A stretch of DNA of 64,000 nucleotides from Amoebidium appalachense (Eukaryota; Protista; Ichthyosporea): positions 12,801,252 to 12,865,251 of the forward strand of contig CAVNZM010000003.1 of NCBI GenBank assembly GCA_963693365.1, given 5' to 3'. This document shows positions 55,088-64,000 of the stretch, one piece after another. The position numbers and the translations under genes were made by a program. Every line of letters begins with the position of its first letter. The first letter of the stretch is position 1. The notes below the pieces were generated by a model. It saw nothing but the letters and a program-made list of their open reading frames with translations. It was not told where the DNA came from and did not search any database.

Positions 55088-56774
55088 TTGTTTCTTGCTT
55101 TGATACAAGTTCACGAGGTTGCGAACTATTTGGCTAATAAACCCACCGAAGGGATCATGTTGGCATCTCTGCACGTAGCACGGCTTCATGGCTATGGGAC
55201 CGGGTTGGCAAAAAAGATTCGTCGTGAATTCCGTGACTTTGTTATTTTGGGTGATATTGCGCCGGCTGCGATAAGTAAACGGGGTAAACACACAAAAACA
55301 CCCAGTCTTTTGGAACTTAACGGCGGGGTGCTGAAAGTGGAGGTGGAAAGATATATTAGCGAAACCCCCCCAGCAGAGCGGTCCCCATGGGGTTTGCGTT
55401 TAGCGATTAACAAGTATTTGGAAGAGAATGAATTCAACAGTCGGAAGGGACAGCGTGTCCTGTCTGTGGGTAGCACGGCTGTGCGGTTGTGGTTGAAAAA
55501 TATGGGTTTTAGGGTGAAACTACACAAAAAGGGTATATACTATGATGGTCACGAGAGGGAGGATGTAACACAATACAGGGACAAAGTGTGTTTACCGCGA
55601 ATGAATGAGTATCAAAGGAGAATGGAGAGGTACGATGGAGATGATATGTCAGAGGTGAGCCCCCCAGAACTACAGCCAGGTGAGCGCCCTGTGGTAGTTA
55701 TTACGCATGATGAATGTTCATATAGTGGTAATGATGGGAAGAGAAGTTTTTGGCTTCGTGAGGGCGAGCAAGTTTTATTGCCTAAAGGGAAAGGTTGCTC
55801 CATGCACGTTAGTGAGTTTTTGTGTGAGAAGTATGGTAGACTCAAACTCACCCCTGAGCTTATAGCAGAACATCCAGATATGCCAGAAGAAGCACGTGTA
55901 ATTATTGAGCCCGGAAAGAACAAAGATGAATATTGGAGAGGAGAGCATATGGTTGAGCAGATTAAAGAGCGAGCCATACCTATTGCTGAGAAGCTATTTC
56001 CTGGGCATCTTTGTGTGTTTGCGTTTGATCACTCTAGTGGGCACACATGTTATGCACCTGATGCACTGAGAACTGCGAGTATGAATATGAAACCTGGGGG
56101 CAAGCAAAAAATACTTAGGGATGGTTGGTATGTTGATTCGCAAGGTGTTAGACACACACAGCAAATGTGGTATTGGGGTAAGGAACAGGTGAAGGAAAAG
56201 GGGCCGGATGGCAAAGAAAGGGTTGTGGGTGAAAGAGAGGCTAAACTGGGGAAGGGAATGAAACAGGTTTTGGAAGAGAGAGATTATGATGTTTCGCGCT
56301 TGACCATGCAATGTCCTGATCCACGTAGTCAGGAGGATATTAATAATAAGGTTCCTAGACCCCCATGCACTGCAAACGACTGTTGTGCTACACGTATTCT
56401 TGATCTAGAGCCTGACTTTGCAGAGCAAAAACCTTGGTTGCAGGAGGTTATAGAGGAGGCAGGGCATGAATGTATATTTTACCCCAAGTATCACTGTGAG
56501 CTTAACTACATTGAGTATTATTGGGGTGAGTCCAAGCGCATTCTTAGGCTGAAGGTCTCCTATAAAATAGCAGAGCTGCGGCAGGCAGTGCCTGCTGCTT
56601 TAGATAAGTAGCATACCAGTGTCACTTATTCGTAAATATGCGCGTAGGGCTTATCGTTTTATGGATGCGTATACACGAGGGCTAACTGGCCTCGCAGCAG
56701 CATATGCTGCGAAGAAGTACAAGGGGCATAGACGTGTGTTTAGTCAAGTTCTCTTGGAGGTTGGTGGGAAGTAA
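55088..56774 (+). pseudogene. Tc1/mariner-IS630-like DDE transposase (YYDGHERED type) with a 4-bp frameshift near the C-terminus
   Basis: HKKGIYYDGHEREDV, THDECS (D1), FDHSSGH (D2), FYPKYHCELNYIEYYWG (E); conserved tail IRKYARRAYRFMDAY...KKYKGHRR continues in another frame to 56774. Confidence 0.88.
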
Positions 56775-57029
56775 AGTTGTGTGTGCGCACCCTGTGGGTG
56801 TTGAGTCTGATCTCAATTGCGCTAAAAGGCGGTTACCACAGTTAGACACACTCACACACTCTAACAGCATAGTGCATCGTGCGCGCACACACCCACGTAA
56901 TACACCTTGGTTACTCACACAGACAAGCACACACAACCACACACACAGCACTGTGCATCATATGCATGTGCACTGGGAGACCCACAGAGTTTCACACCAT
57001 TTGACACACACACTGATCCCACAAAGCTT

Positions 57030-57090
<61 letters not shown>

Positions 57091-58809
57091 ACACACGGGG
57101 CATAGTACATTGTCACAGTCATCGGCACGTATGGGGCCATCAACGGGCCACAAGCGAAATTTCACGGTGGGGGCTCAGGCCGGGGGGTCCGATTAGAAAA
57201 ATGTAAATATCTCGAGGAAAAAAAAAGAAATTTTGAAAATCTGATACCGAGGACTGGCCTTGATTTGGCGAGCTGAGCATTTTGCACCCCATATTGATGG
57301 GTCCAGCACCCCTCCTTCTATGGGTTACGGTGGAGCGGCCAATTTTGGGCTACATATGAAAAATTAAATTTTCAACACGAATTTACACAATGTTCTTGCG
57401 GTCAGAGAAAAAAAGTAACCGGGCACTTTTAAAGTGCACATCATAAGCTATCTTTCCACGTTGAAATTTCCTGAATATCATGCTCCATTCTCATGCTCCG
57501 ATCGCTCAAAAAGGGGGGATTTTGGACCGATCGATTTGACAGCTTTAGAGGCTAAGGCCCATAGAATCTCCTCGACGGTAGCCTCGTGTATTTCAACCGC
57601 CTCCTCGCTACACGCATGTCAGCCGAATTAGAGTTTCCCATCATAGAATACAGTGTGTCGTTGTTAGCTTGTAAATATTTAGCAATAACTTCATTTTTCG
57701 CCCTCCAGCGTGTTTCTGGTCAGTGGGAACATACGGATATCATGAAAGTAACCGCGACGGATATCATGAAAGTAACCACGCAAAGTACTTGAATTAATAA
57801 AGTTGAAAGTAGCCCAATTTATTGCTTGGGCCGGCCAGGGCCGCTATTCACTCGGAAGCTGGTTGGTTCGCCCTCAGGAACCACACCAAACGCGGTCCTG
57901 ACAAACCGTTGATACCTACCTACATATGCGTCAAAATGTCGTTATTGAGCAGGCGGCCAGTATATAGCTCCATTGAAACTAAACAAAAATAGAGTGTATC
58001 ATGATTGGTTCAATAAAAAGCTCAAGTTGGATTATAACACTATATTTCATGTATGCAATGAAGGGCGGCATGTGCAAAAAAGGGATAATGCTGATAAACC
58101 AATATATTACATACACACGCGCGAGCTAGACAGGGATCTTTAGCGTTAGCGTTTCAAAATACCGTACCATGTCATATGCAATTTTTATCATATTGGATCC
58201 CCCAACACTCATATGTGTGGGGCGAGTCGTACGTGTGTATTACACTTGGTACCTTTGTAACTAACTTTTGGTAAAAAAATGCATTGACTATGTTAACAAA
58301 AGACTTGCCCGGCCTGCCATTTTCATCGGTGCTCTCACCGTAAGACAATTATCAATTTATCGTTGACATGTGCCAACAATATTTCAGATACTGTATTCGA
58401 TGTCAAGCCTTCGATTGGATACAGGGATCAATGCCTAGCTAGTATTGGCTGTATTGCGTGTGAGTTTGTTTCCTCCCGATATTATAGCTATAGTGTGGGA
58501 CCTCCGCATAATTGCAGGCATGAATTTGCCGACTTGCGCAACAAAGAGTCCGAACCCTGCATGCACGTGCCATCACAGGCTCCGATCCTGCACCCTCCTT
58601 GCTTCCAGTGGTACACTCGGGCCACACCAGCGCATATGCACGGCTCACACGTGCTGTACACGTGCACGCCCACGTGCAGCAGGCTTCACACCGGCCCATC
58701 GGGCCCCACACAGGCTATACACAGCCGTACACCTGCATACATTAGCCTGCACATACCCACACTCTGGTAGGCTCGGAGCCCCCCCCCCCCCCCCCCCCCC
58801 CCCTCCTTG

Positions 58810-59030
58810 CCGTACACCAGTAGGCCGTACACGTGCACACGCAGGCTTTGCAGTGCCCCACGCTGGCAGGTTGCGAGCCTTAGTCCCCCCCCACCCCCCT
58901 CTTCGAGCCATACACCGGTAGGCACGTGTTCCAGCCATACACCAGTAGGCCGTGTTCCAGCCATACACCAGTAGGCCGTGTTCCAGCCATACACCAGTAG
59001 GCACGTGTTCTGGCCATACACCAGTAGGCC
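58810..59030 (+). repeat. ~26-bp minisatellite (CCAGCCATACACCAGTAGGCCGTGTT)
   Basis: Four tandem copies at ~58905-59030 and a partial copy at ~58810. Confidence 0.85.
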
Positions 59031-59712
59031 GCACACGCGCGCACATGGCCTCGCACCATCACGTGCCACGCACCGGCACGCACAGCCTGGCGCTCGCCCG
59101 CGCCACGCCCCACCGCCGGCCCGCGCGGGCCCGCGGCCGGGGGGGGCAACGGGGGTTTGGCTTTGGCGAATTTGGAAAGTAATGCACTAAAAAGCTCAAA
59201 GGCAACTCTACAAGAAAACAGGAGACGTACGGTGCAAGCACACACGGTTGAGAGAGGTGGGGAGGGGAGAGGGAGGGAGGGAGTGAGAGAGACTCGGGAG
59301 AGAAGTAATGCACTAAAAAGCTCAAAGGCATAGCCGACGCCAGCTGCAGGGTGAAGACAGAGCAAGAGCGCATATTTCTTCTGCCAGGCCAAGCATCTGC
59401 GCACCCATTGGCATCACCGCCCCTGCCAGTGCTGGCTTTTGGTGTGGAGGGGAGACAGGGGCCCCTTATACTGTAACACCAACACACCAGACGAACGTGG
59501 GTGTGCTGTGTGGTGTTGATATACTGTATTGTGATGAAATCCTCGACTAGAATGACACCGTGGTGATGGGGCTGTGTTGTTTGTATTGTCCACACGGGTT
59601 ATGAACAAGGTTTCAACAATTTCATACAAGGGTCTTAGAAATCATCAGTATAACATCTGGGTTATCTACAGCACTATACAAAGTGTGTGGATTTGTGGTC
59701 AATGCAATTTAG

Positions 59713-60441
59713 ATGAATTCACGTTATAGCCAGGTGAAAAGACGAGCATTTTCCACACGAAGATCAATACAATCAATGGGTTCGCTTCTATCAACCGTAA
59801 TTTTCCAATATATGGAACACCACAATAAACTACCCATGTTGACTGATGGTGGGAAAATGCCACCAGGACGTAGAGTGGTTCGTCTAAGGACACCATATGA
59901 ACGGCCACCGAATGCAAGCAATACAAACCACACCAGGCAAAGCACACACTCAGAAGGCCAACTGACAGAGGAGCAGCAGAAATGCAAGGAAACAATAGAG
60001 CAACAGTACACGGAATGGAAAGAATATAGCAAAACCCTGGACCAAAATTGCAATGAATACATTGAGAATTTAAATTTTTTCTACACACAGCAGCTGGACA
60101 AGCAGAGATTTAAAGGGCTACAAATGGCTGCAGGAATGCAGCGTAATGCAGATCTGAGGTGGAACGACGTGCTCATGAAAATATTGGAAGCAATCAACCA
60201 GCAAGATTACGCTGGGGCAAAACAAATCATACAGAACATCCAAGGAGGGGATGTAGGGACAGACGACTCTGATGCAGACTCGTTTACAGAAGACAACAGG
60301 CAATTTGACGATGCAGACTCATTTACAGAAGGCATAACGGGTGGCTTTAATGGTGCAGACGCGTTTACAGAAGGCATAACAGGCGTTTTTGATGGCGCAG
60401 GCTCATTTAAAGATGGCATAACAGGAGACCTTGGAACATAA
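59713..60441 (+). CDS. Hypothetical intronless protein, coiled-coil-like, with C-terminal repeats of ~14 aa
   Basis: 242-aa ORF with Q/E/K-rich helices and four DADSFTEGITG-like repeats; the real start may be the ATG of MPPGRR. Confidence 0.5.
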   Translation: MNSRYSQVKRRAFSTRRSIQSMGSLLSTVIFQYMEHHNKLPMLTDGGKMPPGRRVVRLRTPYERPPNASNTNHTRQSTHSEGQLTEEQQKCKETIEQQYTEWKEYSKTLDQNCNEYIENLNFFYTQQLDKQRFKGLQMAAGMQRNADLRWNDVLMKILEAINQQDYAGAKQIIQNIQGGDVGTDDSDADSFTEDNRQFDDADSFTEGITGGFNGADAFTEGITGVFDGAGSFKDGITGDLGT

Positions 60442-60654
60442 TAATCACGAGAAGACAGAAAAGGGAACTCCGAACCAACCCAGTTCAGGATATTCTATAG
60501 TTTCTAACCACTGTCTATAATACAGAAAAATGAATTATGCGTTTGTAAGCCTTCGGTATTCACATAGGAAAAGGAGGGAGTAAAAAGAGGAAGGAAGGGG
60601 CCAGTCCGTGGCTGTCAGCTGCAGTCCACAGGGAACCAAAAAAAAAAAAAAAAA

Positions 60655-62565
60655 GGGGGGGGGGGGGGTTCCGCTTTTTTTGCCTTTTTTGGGCACGAAA
60701 GCCCCCCTGTCATGCTGCCACCGGCATACAAACGTTGCAGACATGTAGCAGGGGTCCATACCTCGGTGTTCAACCCGGGGGACAGACACACAGCCCCAGG
60801 ATTGGCCCCCACAGGGTGCCCGGTGGGGGGGGGGGGGGGGGGGGGGGGTCCGCTTTTTTTGCCTTTTTTGGGCACGAAAGACCCCCTGTCATGCTGCCAC
60901 CGGCATACAAACCTGGCAGACATGTAGCAGGGGTCCATACCTCGGTGTTCAACCCGGGGGACAGACACACAGCCCCAGGATTGGCCCCCACAGGGTGCCC
61001 GGTGGGGGGGGGGGGGGGGGGGTCCGCTTTTTTGCCTTTTTTGGGCACGAAAGACCCCCTGTCATGCTGCCACCGGCATACAACGTGGCAGACATGTAGC
61101 AGGGGTCCATACCTCGGTGTTCAACCCGGGGGACAGACATACAGCCCAAGGATTGGCCCCCACAGGGTGCCCGGTGGGGGGGGGGGGGTTCCGCTTTTTT
61201 TGCCTTTTTTGGGCACGAAAGACCCCCTGTCATGCTGCCACCGGCATACAAACGTGGCAGACATGTAGCAGGGGTCCATACCTCGGTGTTCAACCCAGGG
61301 GACAGACATACAGCCCAAGGATTGGCCCCCACAGGGTGCCCGGTGGGGGGGGGGGGGGGGGGGGGGGGGGTTCCGCCTTTTTTGCCTTTTTTGGGCACAA
61401 AAGACCCCCTGTCATGCTGCCACCGGCATACAAACGTGGCAGGCATGTAGCAGGGGTCCATACCTCGGTGTTCAACCCGGGGGACAGACACACAGCCCCA
61501 GGATTGGCCCCCACAGGGTGCCCGGTGGGGGGGGGGGGGGGGGGTTCCGCTTTTTTTTGCCTTTTTTGGGCACGAAAGACCCCCTGTCATGCTGCCACCG
61601 GCATACAACGTGGCAGACATGTAGCAGGGGTCCATACCCCGGTGTTCAACCCGGGGGACAGACACACAGCCCCAGGATTGGCCCCCACAGGGTGCCCGGT
61701 GGGGGGGGGGGGGGGGGGGGGGGTTCCGCTTTTTTTGCCTTTTTTGGGCATCATGCTGCCACCGGCATACAAACGTGGCAGACATGTAGCACAGGGCCAT
61801 ACCTCGGTGTTCAACCCTTGGGACAGACATACAGCCCAAGGATTGGCCCCCACAGGGTGCCCGGTGGGGAGGGGGGGGGGGGGGGGGGGTTCCGCTTTGT
61901 TTTGCCTTTTTTTGGGCACGAAAGACCCCCTGTCATGCTGCCACCGGCAAACAAACGTGGCAGACATGTAGCAGGGGTCCATACCTCGGTGTTCAACCTG
62001 GGGGACAGACATACAGCCCAAGGATTGGCCCCCACAGGGTGCCCGGTGGTGGGGGGGGGGGGGGGGTTCCGCTTTTTTTTGCCTTTTATGGGCACGAAAG
62101 ACCCCTGTCATGCTGCCACCGGCATACAACGTGGCAGACATGTAGCAGGGGTCCATACCCCGGTGTTCAACCCGGGGGACAGACACACAGCCCCAGGATT
62201 GGCCCCCACAGGGTGCCTGGTGGGGAGGGGGGGGGGGGTTCCGCTTTTTTTGCCTTTTTTGGGCACGAAAGACCCCCTGTCATGCTGCCACAGGCATACA
62301 AACGTGGCAGACATGTAGCAGGGGTCCATACCTCGGTGTTCAACCCGGGGACAGACACACAGCCCCAGGATTGGCCCCCACAGGGTGCCCGGTGTGTGTG
62401 GAGGGGGGGGGGGGCGCTTTTTTGCCTTTTTTGGGCACGAAAGACCCCCTGGCATGCTGCCACGGGCATACAAACGTGGCAGACATGTAGCAGGGGTCCA
62501 TACCTTGAAGAAAACAACGGGGGACAGACATACAGCCCAAGGATTGGCCCCCACAGGGTGCCTGG
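60655..62565. repeat. Tandem satellite 1, ~170-185-bp unit, 11 copies with variable poly-G spacers
   Basis: Unit CCGCTTTTTTTGCCTTTTTTGGGCACGAAAGACCCCCTGTCATG...CACAGGGTGCCCGGT(G)n; starts near 60671, 60850, 61024, 61191, 61373, 61547, 61726, 61892, 62069, 62241 and 62416. Confidence 0.97.
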
Positions 62566-62566
62566 T

Positions 62567-62663
<97 letters not shown>
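62566..62663. repeat. ~100-nt poly-G tract
   Basis: Direct reading. Confidence 0.9.
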
Positions 62664-62665
<2 letters not shown>

Positions 62666-62919
62666 GGTTAGGGCTGAGTTGTAATACCCGTGCATTGCGA
62701 TGGGCAAGTTGTGCACAGTGGATAAAAATATGAATTTATTCTATCAAATCACAAACTAACTTTTTTCTATCCAATCACAAACTTGATTCAAATCTGGATC
62801 ATAAATCATCAATTTTGCACACTGTCACACGTGTGCACGTTTCCAGATCCATTCCGGCCATCAAACTACCATACATACTCAACCAGGATGCCAAAACCTC
62901 TGCAAACTAATAAGGTGAG

Positions 62920-64000
62920 TGTGTGTGCTTTTTTTTTTGCTGCCGTGTGCTGGTATTCCGTGCGCGCACACACTGCGTCCCTGCGGCCTCAGCGCCTCGG
63001 CAGCGTGGTGTGTGTGTGCCCGCCCTTTTTGGCAATCTCCGCTCAAGTTCAAAGCTTTTGCGTTTTTTGCTTTTTTTTCACGTGTGTTTTTGCTGCCGTG
63101 TGCTGGTATTCCGTGCGCGCACACACTGCGTCCCTGCGGCCTCAGCGCCTCGGCAGTGTGGTGTGTGTGTGTGTGTGTGTGCCGGCCCTTTTTGGAAATC
63201 TCCGCACGAGTTCAAAGCTTTCGCGTTTTTTGCTTTTTTTGACCGTGTGTTTTTGCTGCCGTGTGCTGGTATTCCGTGCGCGCACACACCATGTCCCTGC
63301 GGCCTCAGCGCCTCGGCAGCATGGTGTGTGTGTGTGTGTGTGCCGGCCCTTTTTGGCAATCTCCGCACGAGTTCAAAGCTTTCGCGTTTTTTGCTTTTTT
63401 TGACCGTGTGTTTTTGCTGCTGTGTGCTGGTATTCCGTGCGCGCACACACCGTGTCCCTGCGGCCTCAGCGCCTCGGCAGCATGGTGTGTGTGTGTGTGT
63501 GTGCCGGCCCTTTTTGGCAATCTCCGCACGAGTTCAAAGCTTTCGCGTTTTTTGCTTTTTTTGACCCGGTCCGTGTTTTTGCTGCCGTGTGCTGGTATTC
63601 CGTGCGCGCACACACTGCGTCCCTGCGGCCTCAGCGCCTCGGCAGCGTGGTGTGTGTGTGTGTGTGCCCCAGCCCTTTTTGGCAATCTCCGCTCGAGTTC
63701 AAAGCTTTCGCGTTTTTTGCTTTTTTTGACCGTGTGTTTTTGCTGCCGTGTGCTGGTATTCCGTGCGCGCACACACTGCGTCCCTGCGGCCTCAGCGCCT
63801 CGGCAGCGTGGTGTGTGTGTGTGTGTGCCCCGGCCCTTTTTGGCAATCTCCGCACGAGTTCAAAGCTTTCGCGTTTTTTTGCTTTTTTTGACTGTGTGTT
63901 TTTGCTGCCGTGTGCTGGTATTCCGTGCGCGCACACACTGCGTCCCTGCGGCCTCAGCGCCTCGGCAGCGTGGTGTGTGTGTGTGTGTGTGCCGGCCCTT
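62920..64000. repeat. Tandem satellite 2, ~160-bp unit, at least 7 copies, runs off the window
   Basis: Unit TTTTTGCTGCCGTGTGCTGGTATTCCGTGCGCGCACAC...(TG)n...GAGTTCAAAGCTTTCGCG with T-tracts. Confidence 0.97.

Noticed and set aside
54050-57700. Terminal inverted repeats for the Tc1-like transposase
   Set aside because: No convincing TIR pair or TA TSD could be identified by eye; the TTCTAAATT/AATTTAGAA motifs at 54980-55085 are local only.
60690-60780. Hammerhead ribozyme in satellite 1 (CGAAA next to stems)
   Set aside because: No CTGANGA core is seen on either strand.
62664-62676. Telomeric repeat
   Set aside because: Only a single TTAGGG is present.
60655-64000. CRISPR array or coding repeats
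   Set aside because: Units are 160-185-bp tandem copies with no unique spacers and no cas genes; the ORFs are repeat translations.

Overview
Eukaryotic, transposon-dense, intron-containing DNA with many poly-C/poly-G runs and microsatellites; a Ral-like exon suggests an opisthokont (inference). Using LTR pairs and target-site duplications (TSDs) read directly from the sequence, most of the window resolves into a nested stack. A ~9-kb Gypsy element (14937-41886, TSD CTTT) is expanded to 27 kb by three insertions: a non-autonomous Copia (15332-22416, TSD AGCCC) that itself carries a small non-autonomous LTR element (17369-20154, TSD GCAGG), a near-intact Copia (22965-29692, TSD GTTCG), and an inverted chromovirus fragment. 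Also present are a complete TRIM (4277-5354), an intact young Copia (43333-49713) with a decayed second copy, a spliced gene lacking its 5' end, a transposase-like/3'-5' exonuclease exon, a Tc1/IS630-like transposase broken by a footprint-like 4-bp insertion, and two satellites. The most unusual unit is a co-oriented minus-strand cassette at 12.6-14.4 kb: a tRNA with a Phe-type body but a Ser (GGA) anticodon, then a small ORF, then a tyrosine recombinase, with no reverse transcriptase. Family names come from motif recognition only; no searches were run.
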